The position numbers were made by a program, and so were the translations under genes. A stretch of DNA of 64,000 bases, from NCBI RefSeq assembly GCF_009914755.1, contig NC_060943.1. One strand, 5' to 3'. The notes below the pieces were generated by a model. The model saw only the letters and a list, made by a program, of their open reading frames with translations. It was not told the origin of the DNA and made no database searches. Source of the DNA: the human T2T-CHM13v2.0 reference genome, Homo sapiens. This document shows positions 1-22,031 of this stretch, one piece after another; position 1 is the stretch's first letter; every line of letters begins with the position of its first letter.

Positions 1-729
<729 letters not shown>

Positions 730-1380
730 TTAGCGCCAGCAGTCTCCTCCCTCAGGGACCACTCTCTTCACTGTCTCTGCCCTTTCCCCCGCAATTTTCC
801 TGAGTGAGAACCTTGAGCCTGTCACCCACTTTGTTCTGGGAAGATCTGCATACACAGGGCAAAGGATATTCATGGACCAAGCCCCTGACTATCATCAACC
901 CCGCAGAGAAGCAGAGCCAAGTCCAGAGTCACAGGCAGCTTCAGGAGCCATTCCATCCAGGGGTCTTTTGGTTTAGTTCTTTTGGACGTGAAACCTGGCT
1001 TTTTTTTTTTTTCCCCCAACAAGATCTTAACCAGAAACCAATCTAAAACAGTGAAAAGGGTGAGCTGCTAGCTGCTCTGGTGAAACAAGGTGGGGGTGGA
1101 GAGGCCACCTCTGAAGAATCCCCAGGATGCACTTTTAAAACATGTTAAAAATGGAGTTTAAGGTGGAGTCTATTGACAAATGAGGAAACCAATCCCCAGA
1201 GAGGGGACGGAAGGAGGTCCATGGGAGCCTCCCAGATGCCAGAGCATCTTTCCATGGGAAAGTCCTCTGGGCTCCACCTCCCCAGTGCTTCCTGAATCTG
1301 TGTGCGTCTCTCTCAAACGCCTGCCACTGTCCACTCTGCGTCAGCATCAGCGTCATCACTCGCTGGGATCATTGCAGTAG

Positions 1381-1647
<267 letters not shown>

Positions 1648-1703
1648 TAGTAGAGACAGGGTTTCTCCATGTTGGTGAGGCTGGTCTCGAACTCCTGACC
1701 TCA

Positions 1704-1880
<177 letters not shown>

Positions 1881-1935
1881 TCACTGCAGTCTTGACCTCA
1901 TGGGCTCAAGCCATCCTCCCACCTCAGCCTCGTAA

Positions 1936-2130
<195 letters not shown>

Positions 2131-5100
2131 TGAAACCCTCCAATGGCTTCTGAATGGACTTGCGGTAAAATCCAGACTCCTCATCCGGAGTCACAAGGTT
2201 CTGTCTGACCTGCTGGGGCAGCCTAGCCAATCTCACTCACCTCTCCTTCCTGCCTCAGCAGTCTCAAGGCCAGTGAGTGACCTTCTTTCCAGCCTCAAAC
2301 CTTTGCACACTTACCATACTCTCAGTCTGGAATGCTCTTTTTTTTTTTTGGAGACAGAATCTTACTCTGTCGCCCAGGCTGGAGTGCAGTGGCACGATAT
2401 CGGCTCACTGAAACCTCCGCCACCTGGGTTCAAGTGAGTCTCCTGCCTTGGCTTCCTGAGTAGTTGGGATTACAGGTGTGCACCACCATGCCCAGCTAAT
2501 TTTTGTATTTTTAGTAGAGATGGGGTTTTACCATGTTGGCCAGGTTGGTCTCGAACTCCTGTTCTCCAGTGATCCACCCACCTTGGCCTCTCAAAGTGCT
2601 GGGATTACAGATGTGAGCCACTGCTCTTCCTTCAGATAGTCTGAGTAGCTCCGTTCCCTCCTTCACTTCCTCGGGAGTCCCTCTCCATTCAGTCCCCGAC
2701 TCTCCCCTGCCCCAGGACCCTCTCCTCACATCACCCTGTTTTGTTTGTGTCTGTCTGCCTAGAATAGGTTGTCCAGGAGGGCAGAGACTTTGTGTGCCTT
2801 GTTGACTGCTGTATCCCCAGCATCCAGGACAGGCCCAGCATACAGTAGGTGCTCAATAAATTACCAAGGTCATGGTCAGGGAGCACAGAGCCATTTGCCA
2901 ATGGCAAAAACCATTCCAGAAGCTTTGCAGAGGCCAGAGGCATGGAGTAAAAACATACTCTCTGCCCATGAGGCTGCCCCACCCCACCCCAGGCTCAAAC
3001 AAGGGCATGGGGAGGAGGGGGAAGGGAGGGAGAGGAGTCCATTCCCAGGGGAAGAGGTGGTCAGGGGAGAGCTGGAAAGGGCAAGATCTATCCGCTTCTT
3101 AATTGACTTTGAAAGGTCAGGGCTGAGTCGTGCTCAGTAAGTCCTGCCCCCTGTGGGGTCCTCAGCGGCAGAGCTGCCTCCCCCACCCCAGACTCTTGGG
3201 CAGAAGCTTGTGGGTCCTGTGGAGATGGGATGGGTGGGGGCGTACTCCAGGCTGGAACAGTGTGATCCAGTCCCTCCCTTCCACTTGAAACCTCCCACCC
3301 AGACCAAGTCACTCAAAATAACCTCCCTCCCCTCTCCTCTGCCCTCTCTCTCCCCATCTCTCTGCCCCTAGTCTCTCCCTTCCTCCTGTGACATTTAGAG
3401 AATTAGGTCTCCAGGAGCCTCAGTTTCTCCCTTCTGTAAAAGGGGGCACAGGCTTTATAGTCATCACATCACAGACCGGAACGTCCTTGCTAGAATGCGA
3501 TATCAGCTCCGTAACATGCAGTATTTGAACGATTATTATTATTCCACGGGGACTAGGGGGCTGAGACAAGAAATAAACCGGTTCTTCATGGCAGGAGACA
3601 CCCACCGAGGGCTAGAAGTCCCCTTTGCCCCACTTTCTATCGACCCCCAGGGCTCTGCTGACCTAACTCGGGTACCCGGGCAGGAGACACTTCCGGCAGC
3701 CAGAGGAGGAAATACACTTCCCATTGCTAATTTCCTCAAGGGGGAACCGGTCCAGCTCTCACCCCTCCTCCCTCCCACCCCTCCTCCCCAACCTGCTGGC
3801 ATCTTGCGGATGCTGGACATGGGGGGGAGGGGTGCCCAGACAGCCCTCTCTTCTTCCCCACGTGAGATCTGCCCAACGTGGAAACCCCAAAAGTCAGCAT
3901 GGAACGTCAGACTCTTAGAACGCCACAGTGCAGCCGACGTATGTGTGGCAGCTGGGAGTGTGAGGCTATTTCTGACCCCTTCCTGGTACAGATGGGGAAA
4001 CCGAGGCCCGCAGCAGCAAGGCAGTTGTCTAAGTCACTTGATGTCTCAAGACTGGGCAAACCTCCTGTCGCTGTTAACTAAACAGCTTCCCTTCCCCTGA
4101 GGTTTTTCTCTTCACTCTCTGAACTTCTGTAATTTTTCTCAAGTCTTTCTGAGCGTCTCTGGCCCCTCTGAGAACCTACTAGAAGATACGACCTTCTCCC
4201 CACAAAGAAAGCAAGCGACCTTCCATCACCTGATCCCCATAACCCCGTTCCCCTTCCAGGACCCTCTCTGGTTGGGATCTAAGTTCTGCCCCTTAGGCTC
4301 TGTTGAGGGGGTAAACCCCCAAATCTCACATCCACAAGAAGCTCCCCCTGTCTGTCCCACAGGCCCCCACTTCTTGGGTCCCTGCTGGCCCCTTCCAGAG
4401 AGTCGGGGGGAAGAGAAATATACCCAAGGATGGAGAGATGGTGGGGGGACAGGAAAGACTAGGAAGACCTGGCCCCCCCAACTTTAGCAGCCTCGGCTGC
4501 CGCATCCTGCCAGCCACCCCAAAATCCAGCAAAGCTGAAAAACTTGGAGGATTTTGAGGACAAGAGGGAGAAGTGCTACAGCCCCCCGCATCCCCCAGCA
4601 CCCCTGGGCTCACTCACCAGCCTTGTCCCCGATGCCACCAGGCTATCTCACCTCCCCCTTTTCCTCCTCTGTGGGCTCCTGCTCCCACCACCCCCCCCTC
4701 CCCGCCTTCTCCCTGCAGCCCCAAGGGACCAGCCAGCTCCGGTCTGCTCATTAGGGACGAAATGTGATCACTGGTCCTCGCTCCCCACCTGGTGCCCTGG
4801 CGGCCGGCGGAAACCAGGGGGCAATCGGGCTACCCTAACGGCCCCACTGCACCTCAGTATCCCTGTTTCAACCGAGAGGGTCTCTGTGCCCCCAAAGCCC
4901 ACACTGCCTACTAGGGATACCAGTCCTTAGATGGCCTCTCTGACGTTCTAGGTCTCTATGGTTCTGCAGTCTTCAGGTTCTATCCTTAGTTCACTTCGCA
5001 GTTGAATGTTCTATTATAACATTCTAGAGCGTTACTCTTCTTTCATTCTATTTATTACATCGTGGCTTTGTAAGTACCTACCCTAAGTTTCCAATATTCT

Positions 5101-6844
5101 AGGAGTGTCACATTCCAAGATTCGAAAGTTCTATTGTTAGAACACGCTATGATTTTTTTAAGCATTCTATGACTTTCATAATCTATTATTAAACGCTCAG
5201 TGATTTTTATCTTTCCCCAGCAAACAGGAATATGTATTTCCCTTTTCTCTTTTACAGAAATGGGAACATACACTAAATACGGTGAGCCCCACTTCCTTTT
5301 CTTTCCCCCCTTCTCTCGCCTGCTTTTGAACATTCCAGCAGCCTGATTTCTAAGATTGTGCAGAATTCTAAGAAATTATGGCTTCATGGAGGGAAGAGAG
5401 GGGCGTGTTAGTCACCACCTCCACCTGGCCCCTAAATTCTCACCACCTGGGGGTGACATGCTATATCCAGGCCGCCTCTCTACCCTTTCGCTAGTGGGCC
5501 TAGCCTCAGCCCTCCCCGCTCACACCAGCTGAGTTATTATTTGTCTAGACACAAACCAAATTATAGGCCCTGTCCCCGAGGGAACGGTGGGCTCCAGGCG
5601 GAGGGTCAGGAGACTGAAGCTGGAGTTAATCCCGGTTCCCCTCCACCTCCCTCCCTCTCTTCCCGAAACTCCACCCCTTCCACCCAAACCAACTATTGCC
5701 CCTCTCCCTCCCCACCACCATGGTTTTGGAAATATTTTCTCTCCTCTGCTTCTAAAACCCTCCCTTCTGGATTCCAGCCATTTCTACTCACCCTGGCATC
5801 TCTCCCTCCTCATTGAGAAGACCTCTTTCCCCAAATTAATCCGACTTAGTGGTAGCAGAAGAAGCCAGCTCTGTGGATTTGGGCTTCAGTTGAAAACTGG
5901 GGTCCCAACCCTCCAGCCTGGCACTGACTCACTGTGGGGACTTCTGCTTTTGGACCTCAGTTTCTCCATCTATAAAATGGGGGCAGGGGGAGTTGGCCTA
6001 GGTGGCTCCGCAAACCCTTTCCAGCTCTCAGCTGCCATCACTGAAACGTGCCAAGATTTCAACACTCCTCTTTTTGGATTGAAGGACTCCAGTATCCCCA
6101 GGACCTTTGATTGGAAAGATCTGGAATTCCCAGGCCTCCCCTCCAATGCTTCTTCCATCTGGGCCCTTCCATTCAAAGATGTTCACATTCAAGGTACTTG
6201 ATCATAGGATTCCCAGGGTTCCAGGAGCCCCTATGGGTCTTTCATCCTCTTCAGCTGGGATTCCCCCAGAAAAGAAAACCTCCTCATCCTCACCCCAAAC
6301 CTGAAGTCAAGTTCATCTACAAAGACAGAGGTGGGGGCGGATACCCCCTTGGTGGGCTCAGGAGGAGGGGGGCTGATGGTGGGCTCTGGAGGGGGAACTG
6401 GGGGGTGTGGCCCCATCCTCTCCACTTCTGCGCCAAACAAATTCCCCAATGCATATCCAGCCTGAGTACGCACACACACACATCCCACAACCGATGCCTC
6501 ACAGATATCCTAGAGCTATTCCTCAGCCTAGTTTGGGAGGAGGGGTTGTCCAGTTCCAGGGGGGAGAGTGAGGCGGAAGCAGGAAAGAGTTAATGGTGAC
6601 CCAGCCAAATCCTGGAAGAGAGGAAGTAGGGGAGGAAGTCCACCCCCCAGGCAGGAATTCCTGAAATTGGCGGGCGGGCTGGGTGCGACCTGAGGGGCAG
6701 TGGGGTGGCTCCGTGAAGGGGGCGCTGGGATCATGGTGTCACTTAGAGTCCGCCTGCCCCAGGTCACAAGCCTCCTGCCCCCTACCCCACTCCCAAGCAG
6801 GTTCCCAGCCCAGAGGAAAGTTCCGGGATGCGGAGGATTTGGAA

Positions 6845-7215
6845 GGAGAGAAGACAGAGCTGAAGGTGCCAAAACAGTGTTATAAGAGACGGAGAGAAAG
6901 AGACAGGGCAATAGAGATGAAGAGACAGGAAGGGAGAGAGCAAAGAGATACACAGAGACAGGGAGAGATGGAGATAGAGTCAGAGACATCCGCAGAGGTC
7001 CCACAACAGACGGGGGTGAGGCAGAGGCAGGGGCAGAGGGAGGTGGGACCCAGAAACAGAGAGACAGAGACAGACAGACGGAGACAGAGAGGCAGAGATC
7101 AAGAAAAAGACAGAGACATCCAGAGACACAGAAGGAAAGACACGTCCAGAGGCAGAGGGACCACAGACACAGAGACATCAGGCGGGAGTTGGAGACAGAC
7201 GCAAAGCCAGGGAGA
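6845..7215. repeat. GA-rich low-complexity (AGAGAC-like) tract
   Basis: Strong purine bias, e.g. gagacagagacagacagac. Confidence 0.8.
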
Positions 7216-7229
7216 GCAACAGAGGGGGC

Positions 7230-7600
7230 GGGCACCGAGACGGCGCGGGAGACTGAGGCAGCCCCCGAGGGGGCGGGGAGGAGCGGTCTCGCCACGAGCA
7301 GGGCAACCTAGTGAGACCCCGCAGCATCGCGGGCAGCCGGGGAGGACCCGGCACTTACCTGCGCGCGGCGACTGGACGGGGCGGGCGGCGGCACCTCTCT
7401 CCGCTGCGTCCAGGTCCCCGGTCTTGACAACGGCGCGGGGACCCAGCGGATGCCCCCGCGGGGCAGAACAGCGGCTACTCCTCCCGGCCCCCGGGCCAGA
7501 GCCGCCAGCCGAGGCCCCGCCCCGGCCAGGCCCGCCCCCATTAACCCCACCTTTGCCGCTGCCCCTTAACCCCTTTCAGGCTTCACCCCATTAAACGCCT
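7230..7600 (-). promoter_or_regulatory. CpG island / GC-box promoter (probably GPR4)
   Basis: High CpG density; ccccgccc and cccgcccc at about 7514-7539. Confidence 0.7.
7359..7480 (-). other. GPR4: Probable non-coding first exon of GPR4 (5' end approximate; coding exon lies left of the window)
   Basis: Consensus donor CAG|gtaagt at 7359/7358 in a CpG island, with GC boxes upstream. Gene identity comes from recalled gene order next to the EML2 3' end. Confidence 0.7.
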
Positions 7601-7951
7601 CCAGCCACGGGTGAGGCTCATCTGCTACTGGAACACCCCCGAATCCTTCCAAGTCCCCAGCTGGAAGGTCCCCTCTCTCCAACCACACACCCCCAAATTT
7701 ATCAGGTCCTCGGCTATGGGAAGAGGAGGCCCCCGCTACTGACCTTCCCTGGGTTAAGCCATTTCCTCCCTTAGAGACCCCAGGCTTCAGTCATTCATCC
7801 TCTGGTCATTAACCTTCTGCATCTTCCTCCCCAACAACGGAGAGAATAAAGGGTTCTGTTAGGTCCCCAACTCCAAAGTCAGGGCCACCCCTAGAAGGAG
7901 CTCTGGGGTTGCATTTCCAGCCTGACTCTTGGTCAGACCTTAGGCTAGTGA

Positions 7952-12135
<4,184 letters not shown>

Positions 12136-12360
12136 TAATAAAAAGATAAATTCTGAATGCTCATTGGTGGGCTTAGAGTCCCCTTCTCTCTCTGGCTCAT
12201 CCTAAATTTATGCTGAGACTCGATCAGGGTCCTGGAGGGAAGCAAGTGGCCACTCCGAGTTTAACTGGGAGCATTTATGGGCAGTTTATAGAGGGATGGG
12301 CAGAGTGGAGAAAGCCACAAAGGATGGGGCGGCCCCAGGGGACCATCCGAAGTGGGCACG

Positions 12361-13083
12361 AAGCCATCGCCAGCCTAGGGCAGAAGGGACAGGGAGGGAG
12401 TCTGTTACCCGTCTCCAGGGACAGCTCGAGTTCCCAGAGGAACTGCGGCTCAGAGGAGGGGAACCACAGCCACTGTGAGTGCGGGATGCAGGGAGGGGCC
12501 CAGGAAGCAAATACCCTGACCTCTCTCCACCGACCCTGCCGATAGAATTTGCACACGGCGGTCTCCCAGGGCCCCGAGCTGGGGAAGGAAGGCTGAGAGT
12601 GACCCTGGGGGCGCGGAGGAGGGTCACGTGGAGAATCACCAGCACTTTTCCAGCAGAACTTTCTTGGCACATTTTTCCATGCAGGTCCAAGACTGGCCAC
12701 GAGGGGTCGAAAGAGCACCCGGATGCCCGATGAAAGGGCCGCTTCCGCAGCGCTGGGCCACTTTCCCAGAACCTGGGCAATGGGGAAGGGACAAAAGGTG
12801 GGGAGTGAGGGGAGGAGGAGAGGAGGCTTTGACCCAAGAGCGGCAGAAAACTGTCTTCTAGACCTAAGGGTGATAGGATAGGCCTAGTGCAAACTCCATC
12901 CACAGGGTCGGTGGAGAGAGTCAGGGTACACTCACTTCCTGGGCCCCTTTCTGCTTCCCTTAGTCCCACAGTGGCTGTGGCCCCCTCCTCTGAACCACAG
13001 CTCCTCTGGGAACTCTGCCTGTCCCTGGAGACGGGTAACAAATTCCCTCCCTGTCCCTTCTGCCCTAAGGGTGGTGATGGCTT
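12361..13083. repeat. Inverted repeat, arms 12361-12554 and 12887-13083
   Basis: e.g. gggcagaagggacagggaggga..tgttacccgtctccagggacag versus its reverse complement ctgtccctggagacgggtaaca..tccctccctgtcccttctgccc. Confidence 0.9.
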
Positions 13084-13590
13084 GGGTCTCACTGGTCTCC
13101 TATCTCCAGCATAGGTCTGGTCACTGCTGGCTGATGAGGAGTTCGCCCGTGGACAAGTTCAGAAAGGGAGGGTTCAAATGGCTGGCACCTAAGACAATGT
13201 GACTGTAGAGGGTGCTGGCTTTTAAAAAAGTGAAGGATCAGCCCCGGTGTGGTGGCTCATGCCTGTATTCCCAGCACTCTGGGAGGCTGAGGCAGGCAGA
13301 TCACCTGAGGTCAGGAGTTCGAGACCAACCTGGCCAACATGGCGAAACTCTTTATTAAAAAATACAGGCTGGGCGCAGTGGGTCATGCTTGTAATCCCAA
13401 CACTTTGGGAGGCTGAGGCGGGCGGATCACGAGGTCAGGAGACTGAGACCATTCTACCTAACACAGTGAAACCCCATCTAAAAATACCAAAAAAATTAGC
13501 CGGGCATGGTGGCAGGTGCCTGTAGTCTGAGCTACTCGAGAGGCTGAGGCAGGAGAATGGCATGAACCCAGGAGGCGGACCTTTCAGTGA

Positions 13591-14019
<429 letters not shown>

Positions 14020-14245
14020 TAGTAGGGACAGGGTTTCACCATGTTGGCCAGGCTGGTCTTGAACTCCTAACTTCAGGTGATCAACCTGCATCGGCTTCCC
14101 AGAGTGCTAGGATTACAGATGTGAGCCACCGCACCCAGCCAGAAAGTTTTATTTTAATCTAAGTTAGAGCAAGATGGTTTCTGTTGCTTGCATCCAATGA
14201 AGACCTAAGTAACAATGGTCCCTCATCATAAGCACTGTGACACAC

Positions 14246-14596
14246 TGATCTGGTTTGGCTGGGTCCCCACCCAAATCTCATCTTGAATTCCCAGGCGTTG
14301 TGGGAGGGAACTGGTGGGAGGTAATTAAATCACGGGGCAGGTCTTTCCCATGCTGTTCTTGATAGCGAATGAGTCTCACAAGATCTGATGGTTTTCAAAA
14401 GTGGCGTTTCTCTGCACAAGCTCTCTTCTCTTGTCTGCCACCATGTAAGATGTGCCTTTCATCGTCCACCATGATTGTGAGGCCTCCCCAGCCACATGGA
14501 ACCATAAGTCCAATAGACCTCTTTTTTTTTTGTAAATTGCCCAGTCTCAGGTATGTCTTTATCAGCAGCATGAAAACGGGCTAATACACTAATACA
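14246..14596 (+). mobile_element. THE1-family (MaLR) solo LTR
   Basis: TGAT.TGGTTTGGCTG.GTCCCCACCCAAATCTCATCTTGAATT ... ATCAGCAGCATGAAAAC..CTAATACA; 5-bp TSD cacac at 14241-14245 and 14597-14601. Confidence 0.88.
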
Positions 14597-14679
14597 CACA
14601 CACATCCATACACATACACAACTGTGTAGGCACATACCGTACAAATACATAGACCCTGACACACCTTAGTGTACGTGTC

Positions 14680-14685
14680 TTTATT
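14680..14685 (-). terminator. EML2: EML2 polyadenylation signal AATAAA
   Basis: tttatt on the + strand, about 245 nt after the stop, followed on the minus strand by a GT-rich (gtgtgt) downstream element. Confidence 0.8.
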
Positions 14686-14928
14686 TCTGGATGATATAAA
14701 AGAAAAAACTTAAAAAACACCCCAAACCAAACACCAATGGATCCCCAAAGCGATGTGACTCCCTCTTCCCACCCGGATAAATAGAGACTTCTGTATGTCA
14801 GTCTACCCTCCCGCCCCCATAACCCCCTCTGCTATAGACATACTCTGGGTATATATTACTCTACTCGGCAATAGACATCTCCCGAAAATAGAATTCCTGC
14901 CCTGACACCTGACTCTTCCCTGGCCGCA

Positions 14929-15054
14929 TCAGACCACCCGCCACTGTAGCACACTGGTGTCCTTGCCCCCTGTGGTCAGGGCCATGCTGTCATCCCACAA
15001 GAAGGCCACATTTGTCACATGGCTGCTGTGTCCACCGTACTTGTGGCTGAGGGC
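14929..15054 (-). CDS. EML2: EML2 last coding exon (ALSHKYGGHSSHVT...VLQWRVV*)
   Basis: taacag|GCC...; TGA at 14931-14929. Confidence 0.95.
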   Translation of the reverse strand, partial: ALSHKYGGHSSHVTNVAFLWDDSMALTTGGKDTSVLQWRVV

Positions 15055-15169
15055 CTGTTACAAGGAAAGAAGTAAGTGAAGAAATGTCAGTGGGGACAAT
15101 GCCACCCCATCATGGTCCTCTTGTCTTGACCCGGTTCTTTTCTGCTCTTCCTCTTTTTTTTTTTTTTTA

Positions 15170-18470
<3,301 letters not shown>

Positions 18471-18807
18471 CTCCCTTAAAAACTCATAAGATCTGGTTGT
18501 ATATCCTGTGCCTAGGTACATAGTAGGTGCTCAATAAATATTTACTGAGTTAACAAGGATAAAAGAACCAAAGAGCTCAGAATTGCAGTTGCTCAGAACT
18601 TCAGAGAACCAGGTCTTCACCATGACACACTGAAATTCATCCACCTTGGGGTTAAGAAAGGCCCTTGGGATCAAGACTACTGTCCTCCTTGTACAGATGG
18701 GGAAACCGAGGCTCAGAGAAGGGGTGGGGTTGGACCAGAGCTGCCTGAATTTTGTCCCCACCCCTGCTTGCTACCCCCGTCCATCCCCATCTCCCCAAGG
18801 GACTCAC

Positions 18808-18938
18808 TCGAGGCTGACAGCAGGGGTAGCTAAACAGGTGAACTTTGCCAAAGTCATCAGCTGAAGCCAGCAACTTCCCATCATGAGAGCGGGCCACAGC
18901 GTTGATATCAGTGCCGTCCGCCCCCTCAGACCAGATCC
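18808..18938 (-). CDS. EML2: EML2 exon (GIWSEGADGTDINAV...CCQPR)
   Basis: ccacag| ... CGA|gtgagt. Confidence 0.95.
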
Positions 18939-19871
18939 CTGTGGGCAAGATGAAGGGAAGTGGTAAGATGTCAGCTGGAGCCAGGGACCGCCAAGAGGAG
19001 CAGATTGCCACTCCAGCCACCTTAATTTGTTCCGACCTAGCCTGTATCTATCCGAGGATATGAGTCAGAATTACCTTAAAATGTGAATCCGAGCCTGCCC
19101 CTGCTCTGCTTAAAACCCTTCCATGGCTCCCTGGTGATCTTAGAAGAAAGCCTGTGGTTCTAAGGCTCAGCAGGCCCCATGCACTGCTCCAGCCTCATCC
19201 CTCATCAGTGCTCCTGTTAAACTCTGTAATGATTTGGCCACCCTGCCTCCCTGCATTTCTCCAAATGCCAAGTTCTGTGTCACGCGTGGGCTTTTGTATG
19301 TACTATTCCCTTTGCCAAGAGACTGCTTTCCTTCTTCACTGCCCTGGAAAGTAACTCCTCATCCTCCAGGTCCTAGCTCAGATGTCTCTTCCTCCAGGAA
19401 GCCCTCCCTGATTCCCTCCAAGAGTAGGCCAGATGCCCCACCCTGGGTTTCCCTGTCTCAGACCTGCTCACTCTGGGTCATCACTGTCTGGGGACAAGTC
19501 TGCCTCCCCCACTGGACTGAGAGCCACAGGAGAGCAGGGCCGTCAGTCATGGTCACTGCCAAGCCCACGGCAGGCACAGAACTGCTCAGGGAATATGTGT
19601 TTGCTTCATTCGTGCCTGAATGAATGGGTGGCTAGGGCACCGGCAGTGTGGATCTCTCCTGGCCAGTTACCACGCCCATTTGGTTTCATTTTATTACAGC
19701 TCTAATGAGTCATCTCACCCTACCCTTTCCTCTTACACAAATACAGCCCACATGCAGTAAAGCAGTGAGCTTCCCACACTGGAGGTAAGCAGTAAGACTC
19801 TGGAAACCACCAGCGGGGATGTCTCTCAGAACTACTGTCCTCAGTGAGACCTCTCTCATTCCAGAACTCAC

Positions 19872-19967
19872 CAAACACCCCAAACCCTAGGACACAAGTA
19901 GCTGTGGCCCATTCCATGTTCCTCACAGCATCCGCACTGGTGATCTGCTTACAGGTAGCCGGGTCCC
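19872..19967 (-). CDS. EML2: EML2 exon (WDPATCKQ...LGFGVF)
   Basis: ccccag| ... TTTG|gtgagt. Confidence 0.95.
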
Positions 19968-20453
19968 CTGGGGCAGAAAATGGGAGGAGACATTCAGAGT
20001 TGGAAGAACTACCCAGTAAACCCATCCCTTTCTTAGACAATCGGAGCTGAGGTCCAAGACAGAGGAGGCTAAGGTCCCAGGGCTCATTCTACCTGTCAGG
20101 ACTGGCTGAGAAGGCATCACATGCTGGGGTCTTCACAGCCCGCAGCGTAAGCAGGAGCATCTACTTTTAAACCCGCATCTGGCCGGGCATGGTGGCTCAC
20201 GTCTGTAATCCCAGGAGGCAGCATGAGCCACAGCATCTGGCTGGATCACCTGAGGTCAGGAGTTCGAGACCAGCCTGGCCAAGATGGTGAAACCCCATCT
20301 CTACTAAAAATACAAAAATTAGACCAGGTGTGGTGGCTCATGCCTGTAATCCCAGCATTTTGGGAAGCCAAGGCAGGCGGATCACCTGAGGTCAGGAGTT
20401 TAAGACCAACCTGGTCAACATGGCGAAACCCTGTCTCTACTAACAATATTTTA

Positions 20454-20635
<182 letters not shown>

Positions 20636-20674
20636 TTAGCCGGGCATGGTGGTGTGCTCCTGTAATCCCAGCTA

Positions 20675-20858
<184 letters not shown>

Positions 20859-21068
20859 CTACCCATCCGACCGGAAAGGGGAGGAGTTGACTAAAAGTGG
20901 GGTATACCAGGGAGAAAATGAGAAGCCAGCGGTCCCTAAATTCCAAATCAGAACCAGCCTTGAATACCAAGGGAGCGAGGCTTGAAGCCCCTCCCTCCCC
21001 TCCCAGAACTCAGGGAAGTCTGCAAATGAGACGGAGGAAGTAATGTCTCTGGGTCCCGGAGAACTCAC

Positions 21069-21156
21069 AGTACAGAATCTCATAGTCCCCGGAGTTGGTG
21101 ACAAAGCAGCTGCTGTCCTGGGCCCAATCCAGGTGGGTGATAAAACTGGAATGGCC
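21069..21156 (-). CDS. EML2: EML2 exon (GHSSFITHLDW...YEILY)
   Basis: ccgcag| ... TACT|gtgagt. Confidence 0.95.
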
Positions 21157-21727
21157 CTGCGGGGGAGGGAAGGGATGGTGTTAGAGCTGCAGAGGGCGGA
21201 ACCAAGGAGAGGGGGACAGGATTAAATCAGGAAAGTGGAAGTCAAATACAGAGGTAGGGCGAGAACACAAGGGGACTAAAGGAAGGATACACAGGCCTTT
21301 GGAGTATGGGGGCAGGGCCAGAATACTGTGGGCGGGGCCAGACTGTGATGGGCAGGGCTAGACAAAAAGCACTTAGAACACAATGGGAGTTTAGAACAGG
21401 TGGGCAGGGCTAGACACGGAGGAGCTGGCTTTGAATGTTGAGGGGCGGGGCTACACAGAGGGGCGGTCTCGGAACGTGAGGGGCGGTCTCGGAACGTGAG
21501 GGGCGGGGCTACACAGATGGGCTTAGCACGTGGGGGCGGGGCTACACAAAGGGGCGGGCTTAGAACACACGAGGTGGTGAATGTGTGGACGTGGCCAAGA
21601 CTCCTTGCTCTGATCAGGGCAGAATCAGTTGAGTGTTGAAGCTGCGCTCCCTTGAGGTAGAAAATTGGTTAATTTTGCACCCCCTGGGCGGGGTGGCGGC
21701 GCGGGCTGGGGGCCACTGCCCACTCAC

Positions 21728-21825
21728 CGAGCACTTGCCCAGGCGGCTGACCTTGCGGCCGCCCTGGTCCACCGTGTACACGTACACCAAGTTGTCGTGG
21801 GAGCCCACGGCCAGGTACGCCCCGT
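21728..21825 (-). CDS. EML2: EML2 exon (DGAYLAVGSHDN...GKCS)
   Basis: ccccag| ... TCG|gtgagt. Confidence 0.95.
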
Positions 21826-22031
21826 CTGGGGGAGGGGGAGGGGGGCTATGAGGAGGCACCCAGGCTCCATCCCCTCCTCGCCCAGACTCAGCCCCCTCAA
21901 CAGTCCCCAGCTCCATCCCCACTGCATCCCTCCTAGGCCTCGCTTCGCAGGCTCCACCCCTCCCCCTGCCAAGAGCTCTGAGCCTCTGTCCCCTGGCCCT
22001 GCCGCTTGGGTGTCCCAGGCCTGCCGCTTAC

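Noticed and set aside
6683-7594. 303-aa + strand ORF (and 255-aa minus-strand ORF at 6528-7295)
   Set aside because: Both stay open only because they cross a GA-rich low-complexity tract and a CpG island; biased composition and no recognisable domain.
12286-13092. 268-aa minus-strand ORF across the inverted repeat
   Set aside because: Non-ATG start, no domain; its similarity to the + strand ORF at 12210 is just the inverted repeat.
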